DNA of 64,000 nt, taken from NCBI RefSeq assembly GCF_006345805.1, contig NC_043005.1, positions 56,916,001 through 56,980,000 on the forward strand, given 5' to 3'. Numbering within the stretch: the first letter of the stretch is position 1; each line of letters opens with the position of its first letter. A model generated the notes under the pieces. The model searched no databases. It saw only the letters and a program-made list of their open reading frames with translations, and was not told the DNA's origin. Positions 52,271 through 64,000 of the stretch are shown here, one piece after another. This stretch comes from Octopus sinensis (taxonomy: Eukaryota). Made by a program: the position numbers and the translations under genes.

Positions 52271-54080
52271 TTTTCATGTGTGCTCCCTAGCTGTCAGCAA
52301 TATACATATATATTACCTTGGAATTTATGTTCAGCATATCCGATACTTCTGCTAGCTTCATCATCATTTATCATCCATGTTATGTATTAGCATGGACTGG
52401 ATATTTATGTTCTAAATATCTCCATTATAAACAATGTCCACCTATCCATCACTGTGCACCACAAATCTACTAATTTCCATCCCTGCACTGCTCTTGTGTT
52501 CATTCCAAACACATTAAATCTGTTATACCATTCTTCCAACTCCTTCAGCTTCACTAATTTTGCAGTATTGATTTGGATTTCATTTATCAATGTAAGAGAA
52601 TGTAATATTTCCTCTTGAATCAGTGGTACTCAGGTTCAGTTGTGGTCTGAGAACATTGTGGATAAGTTCCACATTGTTGGTGAAGCAGAGATCTAAGATG
52701 TTATCATTCCTGGTTGGGAAAAGTATGGTTTTCACCATGGACATTGCTTTTGTGTCATCAAGCAGAGAATCTATGTTAGGTCTAGGCCATTGACTGTACC
52801 ACTGCTTTCTTACCTTCTTGATGCACACTTACAGACTGAATTTCTCTCTCTCACCTTCCACCCAGCCAACCTTCTATTGAAAAACAAACTCATCTGCAAC
52901 TTCCAAAGTCCATCTTCTGAGCTGACTACTACTCAAAAATTTTCCTACACCATATCATTTCATCTTAGCAGTTTTCCTTCTACTCCTATGCCACTTCTTT
53001 GTTCAGCAGCCCTTTGCTTATCCTTCAACACCCCTCTCATCTCAATTTTTGCTTTCACCTCACCATCACTTAGGCGTATTTTGTTCCTCGTTTCATTTCT
53101 CTTACCTTTTCCCTCCCTCTCTAAGCTTCTCTCTCATACTACCTCCTGTCTACATACTAAGTTCATGTTGTATTGTGTTCCTCATCATTTGCAGCCAGTT
53201 TTTTCTAATTTAGAAGATGTGAAGCTTAGCTGTCATTCTATAATTTCTCTTCTTTCAACTTTTCCCTGAAGAAGAACTCTATCTGAAACTTGGATTTTCC
53301 ACTCCCCATAACAATTTCATTGTATCCTTTTTGTTAACGTTTCTGAATAATACAAGTCCTACCAATGAAGACCAACACCAGTCTGTTTGGATTATGTGTA
53401 TATACACACACACACATACGTATAAATTGAACAAAAATGAACTAAGAGAAATAACTTAGAGTGACATGTAGCATGTACATAAACAACAGAGACAAATCTA
53501 GTTTTATTACATACCACATACAACATAAATTCTTGATTTATTAAAATTATCTCCATCTCTGCAGAATGTGTCACAAGTACCACATGGTAATTAAAAATAG
53601 TTTCATATGAGAAGGGAAGATAATATCAAAGTTTCTCCAAAGATAACATACCATTAAAGAAAACTGCAAGTTTGTTGTCTGGAGATAAGCCATGGTTGCA
53701 TGTTTCTGCTCCAACAGGTGTCGTCTACTAGATATTTGTCCTTATCCATTCGCAGTAGCTAAGGGATATAGGTATTTACAAAAATGGTTGAACATTTTAT
53801 ATATGTATATTGTGTGTGTATTTATATATATTGTATATCTTGTGGGTATAGTTAGATGTACGATTGCTATTGGGAAGTTTAGAGCTTTCACTTAGAATAT
53901 CATCAGCTTTAAATGAGTTAGCTTGCTACTGAATAGTGTTGTTCAGGGCAGTGTTATGATCGCAGTCACTTATATGCCATGGAAACTGGTTAACTGGCCC
54001 TATAAGTCCTAGAGCTCAAGACAGTAATGTCTAGAGCTTACCTTTATCTTCATGTATATATATTTGTATATGTGTCAGTA

Positions 54081-54156
<76 letters not shown>

Positions 54157-54289
54157 TGTACATGTGTCAATACATATATATGCATGTATATAAAGTGGTT
54201 GTATGAAAAAAATGCTCATGGTGGGCATAATCTTTTTATTAACTAACATTGGTTATCATTCTCCTTGTTCAAATGGTGTATATTGGTAG

Positions 54290-55410
54290 AGTAACATATG
54301 CAATTTCCTCTGTGCAGTGGTACTATTCTACATAATTTCCTTTACAAGTTATTCACTTGCATCATCATTGAATACAGTTCTCAAATCTTCTTTGAAAAGA
54401 ATTCATATGTGGTTCCCATTTTATCATGGTTCCTTTCGTTTCATCTGTGTCATCAAATCCTTAAATGAAAGATTGTCCTTCAATGGAACAAAACAGGTGG
54501 AAGTTGGCAGGCATCAGATCCGGGTTGGATAGTGGTGGGACACTAACCAGCCCAATTTGCTGATTGCCTTATTTATTGCTAAAAATGTGTGTGCTCACAC
54601 ATTGTCAAGGTTAATGTGGATTGTTTTCAAATTCTTGTTTGATCTCTTTCACCTAATAGCTCTCTCTAAGCTCTTTGAGAGTCTCAGTGCATGATCCACT
54701 ATTCATAGTATAGCCACATTGCAGAAAATCAAGGAGAATGATACCTTTGTCATCTTGAGACACAATCACCCTGGAATTTTTGTACCAATTACTGGCTATT
54801 GAACTTCTTATGCATTGGCGAAGAGGTGTGATGTCATTCTGTAAATTCTACTTTCATTTCTGCATCATAGAGATAAAACCATGTTTCACTACTGTTACTG
54901 GATGGGGTGGGGAACAAATAAAAGCAAAACTTGTCTTCATTGGCTTCAAATGCTTCTTGTAAATCAGTGCACATTACCAACCTTATTTCCTTGAAATCTA
55001 GTGTCAACTGCTGGGGTACCTACATTGTACACACTTGGCAATACTAAAAGACTTCCATGATTTTTGTAACTGCAATCCACTTGTGCTGCAAGCTTGTTCT
55101 GTCTGCATGAATCAGTTTGTTAACTCTCTGGTGATTCATGTCATCAATCACAATTGATAGTCTGCCTCTGTGGATTGTCTTCAGTGCTGGTATCCCCTTC
55201 TTTAAACTTCTTCATACATTTGTGCACATTGCTCTTGTCAGTGATATTTCTGTAAACAACCTGTAGCTTTTTGTGGATGTTAGACAGCTTGCATCCCTCC
55301 TTTGTCAAAGACTCAATGATTACAGCTAGCTTTTGCTTGGATCTTGTTATTCACTGGAGAAGAAGAGGAAGAAAGTTAGTGTAAAAAGAGAAGTTCCTCT
55401 ATCAAGGTGT
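54290..55410 (-). mobile_element. Heavily decayed mariner transposon
   Basis: Minus strand gives *VPQQL (WVP motif), ETWFYLYD, LDNV*AH and PPLSNPDLMPANFHLF. Confidence 0.7.
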
Positions 55411-55479
55411 GCAATTTGAATACTCTAGGTCTGCTGATGTGTGTATATGTATATACAGGTGTGTGTGTATATTTTAAAG

Positions 55480-55608
55480 GAGCACTCCGTCGATCATGAC
55501 GACGAGGATCCCAGCTGATATGATCAACAGAGCAGCTTGCTCATGAAATTAGCGTGCAAGTGACTGAGCACTCCACAGACACGTGTACCCTTAATGTAGT
55601 TCTGAGAC
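55480..55608 (-). mobile_element. 5'-truncated, older family D SINE
   Basis: Matches the 3' part of 12311-12440 (agcactccgtcg...gagcactccacagacacgtgtacccttaa). Confidence 0.8.
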
Positions 55609-55939
55609 GTGTATGTATTGTAAAAGAAAAGTGGCCAGTAGATCAATGAGAGAAAGCAGTGCAACCTGGTAGAAGAGGGAAGGATGAAGAGTATAATGAT
55701 AGTCAGAGTGAGAAAGGGTGATGAGAGGCAGTACAAAAAGAGGAAGGTGAGGGAGACTACTGCACACTGGAAAAAATTAGTCCCATTTAGATTCCTTTAC
55801 ATAGACTGTGTGATTGGCCAGAAGGTTGAGTGATAAAGGTGATGGTGGGTGGTGAGAGAATGTAAGTGACAGGAAAGTGGATGGTAGAAAAAGGAGATGG
55901 TGACAAAATGTGTGTGAAGCAGCCACAGGTGACTTAGTG

Positions 55940-55980
<41 letters not shown>

Positions 55981-56850
55981 AGTCTACATCATTATTGCTA
56001 TTTTGGATGCTTTGGTTATGTGCTGGTTGGGTCTTTTGTGGTCAGGTACTCTTCAATACTGCGACTTGCCAGGCAACACAGCCTTGTGTCATTTCCTCTG
56101 TGAGATGCAAGTCTTCCTTGGTCTATCTCTTTCAAAGGTACCATTCACACTGAGCTAGCAGAACTTGTTTACGCAGCTGTCATCCTCCATGCACATCTTA
56201 TGCCCATACCATTACAGTCTACTTTATTGTGCACTACATCTATTTATACCGTATGTTAATGGATCTAAACAAATGTAAGTTATGCATAGCTGGAAGATTG
56301 CATATCCTTTTTAGATCTAAGAATTCCACTGCACTGCTAACTTTCAGATGAGAAATTTTCACAAATTGCAAACATATGGACAAGTTTGTTTCGGTGAGTT
56401 GGAGAACACCACGCTCTCCAGATTATTCTATTTTCCTGATTTGTTACTTGTATAGACCATGTGCTCAGAGCCTGAGATTACTTGTAGACACTTGGTATGT
56501 TATTAAAACCTGCCTAGAAAATATCTCCAATGTATGAAACTATTAGTAGCTCATAACTTTATACTGTGTACATTAAACTATATATATATCATCATCATTG
56601 TTTAACATCCGCTTTCCATGCTAGCATGGGTTGGATTATTTGACTGAGGACTGGTGAACCAGATGGCTGTACCAGGCTCCAATCTTGATCTGGCAGAGTT
56701 TCTACAGCTGGATGCCCTTCCTAGTGCCAACCACTCTGAGACTGTAGTGGGTGCTTTTACGTGCCACCTGCACAGGAGCCAGTCCAGTGGCACTGGCAAC
56801 GACCTTGCTCGAATGTTTTTTCACATGCTACTGGCACAAGTGCCAGTAGA

Positions 56851-56915
<65 letters not shown>

Positions 56916-57730
56916 CATACACACATGTCAATTAAATATTTATTTGTGTCTTTTTATTTTAAAATAATATCTAATGCAAAAGTATTGTGTTGGGAAAGAA
57001 ATAATGAAAAAAGAAAGGTTGTATATCAAAATAGGAAAAAGATGTTTGAAAAGAAAAAAAGTGAAATTGAACTTGGTGCAGACATGGCTGTGTAGTTATG
57101 AATTTTGCTTCCCAGCCACATGTTTTTGGGTCCAAGCCTAATTTGTGACACTAGTGCTTTCTACTACAGGCCCAGGCCAACCAAAGCCTTACAAGTGGAG
57201 TTGGTAGATGGAAACTGAAAGAAGCCACATGTTTATGTGTGTACATGTTTGTCTCCATGTCTTACACTTTGTGATAGTAGTGAGTGATTGTCAGTTTCAT
57301 ACCATTGTTGTGATTCATTTCCAATATCATGTGAAAACATCTTTAGTTATGGGAAGATGATGATTATGATGAACAGAGTGAGAAATACTTAGCAAAACAT
57401 ACTCACAAATGCACACTCATACATATATAATGTGTGTGTGTTTATTGGACTTTGTTCAAAATATTTATTTCTTTAGGTGATGTAAAAGTCTGCATAGGTT
57501 TAGAACTGTACTCTTTAGAGACCTCTCTGAAAACTATAGACTTTGTCATATACTTTGTGTCACTTTTCCTTTGCAAGTAGTTATCTGCTATGACAAGATG
57601 TAAACAATCTTACTTCATTTTTGTATTTGGTTTGCAAGATTCTTGATGTGATTTCGTGTTGAAGCAAATTTTTGTGTGTCTTAGAGTCATTATGCCAATA
57701 ATAAAAACATATGCACAGGTCCAGCTCCAC

Positions 57731-57988
57731 ATCTTTATTGCTTGTCATTTGGTTAAATGTCTAACCTCAACGATCGTTTTAATGTGCTAATTAAACAATC
57801 AGTTGGTTGTTTGCTAGTCAAAGTTCTTTTGCTGCTCTTCACGGCCTTCTCAGTGACTTCTGAAAAGGTCGCAGACAGTGATGGAAAATGTTTAACTAAC
57901 AACTGATTGATTGTTTAACCAGTGCATTAAACAAACAATTGATGAGATAGTTGGATAGACATTTAACCAACTGACTAGCAATAAAGAT
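57731..57988. mobile_element. MITE-like foldback with long imperfect inverted arms
   Basis: atctttattgcttgtcatttggttaaatgtcta ... tagacatttaaccaactgactagcaataaagat, with further inner pairing (taaacaatca / tgattgttta). Confidence 0.75.
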
Positions 57989-58799
57989 ATAGAAGTTGCA
58001 TGGTTTCTACAGCTAGATGCCAATTATTTTACAGAGTGTATTGGGTACCTTTTATGTGGAACTGACACTATTGAAGCCATCAGGTAACTCACGAGATAAG
58101 AGCCCCTTAACTGAGTGGGGAGTAGTATTGAGAGAGGTGACTATATGCCAGGTAAATAGAGGGATAGGACAGGTGTCTTGCTGTAAGGAGATATATGGTC
58201 ACCCCAGTTGGGAAAGATGGTAGTGTAGATGTGTTTGGGCATACCCTTAAGTTTCAGGAACATGAATGTAAGATAAATGGCATGGGTGGTTAAATAAGTC
58301 CATGGGAATGGAAAGGAGAGTGGTAGATGGATAGAGGGAAATGTAGTGAGTGAACATGGTGTGGGTGCATGGTCAGTCAGAAATATCAGTTGGAGGGGAA
58401 GGTGGTGCAAATAGATTGGATCAGTTAGTGGCAAAGATGATGTAAAGTGAGTGGGGAAGGGTGCAGGAGGGATAAACCGTGTCAGAGAGGAAGTCAAAAG
58501 AATGTAAGTGTTGAAAAAGTTGTGGGACAAATCGGAGTAATGTGGAGAGAGCTGCCATTGGTAAAATGAGGATTATATAGGGGTAAGAAGTGGAAATATG
58601 TACAGTTCTGCTCTTTTAGTTACATCACTTGAGTAAATAGTCAGAAGAGTGAGTGATGGAGGAGAGGGTGTTACAAAGTTAAGTTGTGGGTGGCGTGAAT
58701 GTTACAAGGATTAGTTGTTGGGGGTGGGATTTATCAAGGACAGATTTGATGCAGAGGGATAGACATAAGTGATATACTTTTAGAACCTCATTTTTGCTT

Positions 58800-59970
58800 A
58801 ACTGGACTGGTCTGTCTGAGCATAGCAGGTTTGCCAATATCTGTCCTTTGTCATCTCATCTGTGAGGTTCAACCTCTGGAGGTCATTCTTCATTATTTTA
58901 TCCAACAAGTTCCAAGGTTTACCTCTTCAGGTTCCCTCTACATTTCATAATTAGCACTTCTTTATGCAACTGCCCTCATCAATATGCATGACATATGATC
59001 ATACCAGCATACTGCATCTAATTCTTCTTATACTCGGTTGTTCTCTCAACACATTTGTACTTTTGTTGTGCATGCATACTGCTGGTGCACATCCAGAGGT
59101 GCGTACTGGTTTCACTTCTATCAAGCCTTGAGATGTCCTCTGCATTCACATCCCATGTTTCACCACCATGTAGCATTGCTGTTTGTATACATGCATCATA
59201 ACAATCTGACTTACATTTTGAGAGAAAGACTATGAGAGCTATTACTTAGCTCTCTGAACTTACTCAATCCTATTCTTACTCTATTCTTACTATACTTTAC
59301 CTAGGTAACAGAAATTATCCACTAACTTAAGGGAGCCTCCAATGCATTCAAGAAAATCTATTTCCCACGTGTCGTTAGTATTTATTACTCCTGCACATAT
59401 TTCATGTATAAACACTACTTTCTCTGTTAATCTTCCTGTGATTCAACTTCACATTTTGTGTATCTATAGCTTGGACTAGGTACACTATATGGAATTCTTG
59501 CCTACACCTTTCCTACATATTGAGCAAAGCCATTTACCCGAGGAAATTGAAACCCTATCTATTTTCCTGCTTACTAGAACTTTGGTCTTGGCCAAGTTAA
59601 CTTTAAGGCCCTTTGATTTTGTTTTAACACCTGAGATTTTGTTTCTAATTCTAATGCAGATTTCTCAATGAGAACATGGTCATCAGCATATAAGAGTTCC
59701 CAATGATAGCTAGTCTTAAAACTTGTCTTTTATGGCCTGGAAGATAATAATGAGCAGGAGGGGACCGAGAACCAATCTCTGGCGAACTCCATGTACCCAA
59801 AATTCTTTGATGTATTTGTGGCTAACTCTCACCTTTCCGACAGTCCCTCCATCCCCCAGCATGGCTTGTATGATTTTTTTGTCTGCCCCTAGCTCCCTCA
59901 GAGGCCACCAAATCACAGAGTAGGGGACTCCGTCAAAGGTTTTCTCCAGTTTAATGAATGCCCATACACA
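58800..59970 (-). mobile_element. Decayed RTE LINE 3' portion
   Basis: Minus strand gives FIKLEKTFDGVP, GVRQRLVLGPLLLII, ELLYADDH, KGLKVNLAKTKVLV, CSICRKGVGRNSI and FCYLG. Confidence 0.85.
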
Positions 59971-60360
59971 TAGGCATCACAGATTCTGACATACATAGCA
60001 TATACATATATACAGAGAATCTTAGAGACTTTCTTCTTTTGTAGCAAAATATTACTTTAAACTAACAATGCCAGTATTTTATATACTAAAGTGCACTTCA
60101 AACAAAAGCAGAAAGAGGTGGGAAGCTGAAAAGTAGATGAAATAACTGAAGATGCAATGACAACATAAACTTTGTCTTTTTGCATGTTTGCTGCAAATCT
60201 TTTACTCATCATCTCATAAAATCCTTTCTTACTGTCTTCCCTCCACTCTCTCTTTATTTCTTTCATACATAATTCCTCTCTAACTTTCTATTTGTCTTTC
60301 ATTGTCCTTTCACTATTATCAACAGTAACTTCATGCCTAACACCCTTGCTGCCTCAACAT

Positions 60361-60402
<42 letters not shown>

Positions 60403-60427
60403 GCATACATACATACATACGTATATA

Positions 60428-60662
60428 TTGGGTTGGTGCATAATTATTGCGGCTTTTTTCAGCAAATTTTATTCAACAAAAACAATGACAATATTTAACA
60501 AAACCATCTTTAAATGGTGGTCTGACCGCCTACCAAGCAAATGGGAAGCAGTAATTGAAGTAGGTGGTGAATATGCTCCGGAATAATCATTTAAAAATGT
60601 TTTATTGTTTTTGTTGTATAAAATTTGTTGAAAAAAGCTGCAATAATTATGCACCAACCCAA
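60428..60662 (+). mobile_element. Mariner-derived MITE (235 bp)
   Basis: TA|ttgggttggtgcataattattgc...gcaataattatgcaccaacccaa|TA with ~60-70-bp inverted arms. The centre encodes a transposase C-terminus, DRLPSKWEAVIEVGGEYAPE*. Confidence 0.9.
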
Positions 60663-61494
60663 TATATATATATATACATATATATATATAGTATCATTAT
60701 CTTCCATCCATTTTCCATGCTGGTATGAATTGGATGGTATGACAGGAGCTGACAAACCAGAGGACGGTGTCAAATTCCACTGCCTCCTTTTGCATGGTTT
60801 TTACAGCTGGATGCCCTTCCTAATGACAACCACTTTATGTAGTATACTGGGTTTCTTTTAAGTGGCACCAGCATGGTCACCAAGTAACTAGTAAGATAAA
60901 ACTCCTCAACTGAGGCAGGGTGGTAGTATTGAGGAAGGTGGCTTTGTGCTAAGTTATGAGAGATTAAAGTATGGCAGAGGGAATAGAACAAGTGACCTGC
61001 TTGTTAAGGTCATTTCTACAGGTTTTCTATAGAATGTGATTTAAGTGCACTGCTACACAGTAGTACATGGTATTGATTTATAAACACGTTTAATATACTT
61101 TGTAGTATATTGCAGTTACTTAATGAAATACTGTGTGCCGACAAATGATTAATAACTGTCTTGCTATATAGGAGATACATCGCTATACCATTTGGGAAAG
61201 AGAGAGAGCAAACAAAGGAAGTGGTGAAAATGTGCCAGAGCCTACCCTTAAGATACAGAGAGGTGAATATAAGACCACCAGCGATGGAGAGCACCGGTGA
61301 CCTGGTTGGCATTATGTATGATGATGGTGTCTCTGGGATCACTAATGTGGGATGACCCCCCCCCCCATCTGCACGAAGCAAGAGCTTGAAGCGAAATAGT
61401 ATAGAGTTGTGGGTGAGAGATTCGTCGGACAAATTGTGTACAGGAGAATAAATGTCTTTAGATGACCTTAACACATGAAGACATATATACATAT

Positions 61495-63250
61495 ATGCAA
61501 ATAAGGGGCTGAAATTACTATCCATCTGATGATAAAAAGAAAAGAACTGTCACCATTTTTAGTGGCAATATATTTATAATCTTTGAGACACTATATTAAT
61601 AACCTTAATTATACTTTTTCTTCTCGGATCAAGATTAGTATGTAGTAGTTGTATATTAGTATATGCATGGTCCAAACTACCTTAATCTTTTGCTGCTTGT
61701 TTAAAAATTTGCTACTGAACTTAATACTCCAGAATAAGGTAACACCTGAATTGTAAAATATTCTTTTGCAGTACTTTATAGAGGATGACCTAACAACATT
61801 TAATGCATCCTTAATATAGACTGCTATTATTGGTATGTTTTCCAGCACCTGTAATAAAGCTACTCTTGTAGGGGACTTTATGCAATTTTGGAATTTAAAA
61901 AAATATTTGGAATAACTTTGTCCTGTTCTTCTGCACTGGAGCCACTTAATTTTTCTACCTCTGGTATTAATTTTCTTACTACCTCATTAGCATCAATCAG
62001 TTATCATCATATGCACACTACTACCCTTAAAGTTGCTTCCTGATCATAACTCAAAACCTAATACTTTTTACAAATAATGACAAAATTCCCCTCAGCCTTA
62101 TCTGCCAATACTATATCATATTTATCTTATGATGAATTTAATACATTCCACATCTTCCTGCCCATTCTTTTAATATGTTGCAGTTACAAACTGTTAATTC
62201 TTTTGCATGACTTTGTATTCAAGAGTTAACGAATCTATAGAATCATTAACCGATTTTAAAATCACCTTCTATAAACTATACTCCCTGTATTTGGTCCTCT
62301 TCCTCATTATGCTTTTCAAATATTCATTATAATATTTAAACATGTCCCACCCCAAGGTAGAATTTGGAATATCACAAGTCCAAAGGCAAATCTTTCCGAA
62401 GCTTTCAAAGTTCATCAAAAATATGCTTTAATTAAACAATCACCAATACATGTCTTAGTTTATAGCTAATTTGTATATTTGTACTCTTAACCTTAACTAA
62501 CAAAAGGTCATGTGCTCTTTCTATGTGTCCTTGTGTATTGCATTTATATAAGTATCATCAATGGAGTTACTAATGAAAGGTATTATCATATATTCTGTCT
62601 TGACTTTATTTTCCTTTTTCCTGGTCACTTTAAATAATTTGTTATAAAAACTATCAACTGAAAGAAAAACTAATATCTGTTAAATTCCTACTGCATCTAT
62701 CCAATGATTTTTTAAAATATGTAAAAAGGAACAAGATCTTAATAAAACATAACATTTATGATAGTCTTTCTCCTCATACGGTTTTTCCCAAGTCTAAGAT
62801 CTGTCTATATTATATGCAGTGTTCCTATTTAATCTTTAACTGTAGCTATTTTGTCTTCTTAATATCAGCTGTTAAAAGTACACCTTACCCCTGCAGTTTT
62901 CAATTCCAAAGTCTAAAACCTTATCATTCATTCTTCGTGGATGAATATTACATAGTATTTTAATCCAAAGATTTTCCTTCTCCAGAAGCATTTTCCCAGT
63001 TTCTGGTCTTTATCTGCTACCTAATTAATAATCTGACCAAGATTCTACTTTATTTGAATCCAGAACTATGCTTTCTAAAATGTTTATAAACATATTGCTC
63101 CATACCCATCTTAAACGAATGTCTGTTAAGATGTTGGTGTAATGCTTAAGTACATATTGTTTTCCCACACACCTTAGAATGCATTTAGTAAACCACATTA
63201 CAAGACTTACAATTAAATGATAAACCATTTTCGTCAGTAATAAACATTTT
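61495..63250 (-). mobile_element. Degenerate Penelope-like element with N-terminal GIY-YIG (Naiad/Chlamys-type architecture)
   Basis: Minus-strand order: FNCKSCNVVY*MHSKVCGKQYV and LEKENLWIKILCNIHPRRMN (GIY-YIG), then KRTKYRE, DKYDIVLADKAEGNFVIICKKY, IPKLHKVPYK.FITG, SGVTLFWSIK and MDSNFSPL (PLE RT motifs). Confidence 0.8.
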
Positions 63251-63344
63251 ACCTGTTAAATTACTAACAAATAACTTATTAATTAATGAACACAGCACAA
63301 CAGTTGTGTCCCCTACATTTGTTAATGCTATTGCACTGCTTTAC

Positions 63345-63423
<79 letters not shown>

Positions 63424-63512
63424 CATCATCATTTAATGTCCATTTTCCATGAGACTTGTAACAGCCATAAAATTATTTTATAGTTATATACAGCATATTA
63501 TAATGACGTTGT

Positions 63513-63558
<46 letters not shown>

Positions 63559-63561
<3 letters not shown>

Positions 63562-64000
63562 AGGGGGTACTCAAAAGAAACCATGCAATATTTTATTCAC
63601 TTGGCTTTTACATGTTTGCACTTTTATCCCTTTTAAAGTATTCTCCATCTGAAGCAATGTATTAGTCCAGGTGCGTTTTCCACTATTTGAAGCAGTGTCA
63701 GAACTTTTGTGAAGTGATGCCTTTTAATGCCTCTGTCATTTTTTGCTTCACCTCTTCTACATCTGAAAATTCTGTGGCACTAACATTTATTGCAAGTGAT
63801 GACTTTCGGAAAAAAAGTCCGGATCAATTTCTGACTTTTCTTTCAGTTCATGACACGCATTCTGTCATGACCACTTTTGATCTTCTGTAAGCAAGTGAGG
63901 CACAAATTTTGCTGCAATTCCTTGCTCAAAATTCATTGGCTGGAGCTCTAGGACATACCAGTCATATCAACAAATTCGTCGATTATTTAGTGAGAGTCCT
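63559..64000 (-). mobile_element. Second copy of the internally deleted mariner family (cut by the window end)
   Basis: Colinear with 28020-28460, including the same deletion junction region. It begins after (TA)n with gagggggtactcaaaagaaacc. Confidence 0.8.

Noticed and set aside
63180-63195. In-frame stop in the GIY-YIG region as possible selenocysteine
   Set aside because: The codon is TAA, not TGA, and it falls at a hydrophobic rather than cysteine position, so it is ordinary decay.

Overview
This is an AT-rich, repeat-dense eukaryotic window. The SINE families and the (TA)n/(CA)n/(CAT)n load look like Octopus (coleoid cephalopod) DNA, which is an inference. The only host gene I can support is a + strand PPP1R10/PNUTS orthologue, missed by the ORF track: a probable 5'UTR exon (17661-17737), a start-codon exon (21971-22071) and an 87-nt coding exon (34903-34989), with no further exon visible before the window ends. 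The rest is intronic or upstream DNA filled with tRNA-derived SINEs, decayed RTE- and CR1-type LINEs, several mariner/Tc1 remnants and MITEs, piggyBac-like TTAA MITEs, and an internally deleted Mag/Gypsy LTR element. There is also a degenerate Penelope-like element with its GIY-YIG domain N-terminal to the RT (Naiad/Chlamys-type order), plus several long hairpins. The most testable hypotheses concern post-transcriptional control of PNUTS: uORFs, a candidate 10-nt poison microexon, and inverted young SINEs bracketing the start-codon exon. Coordinates of decayed repeats are approximate.
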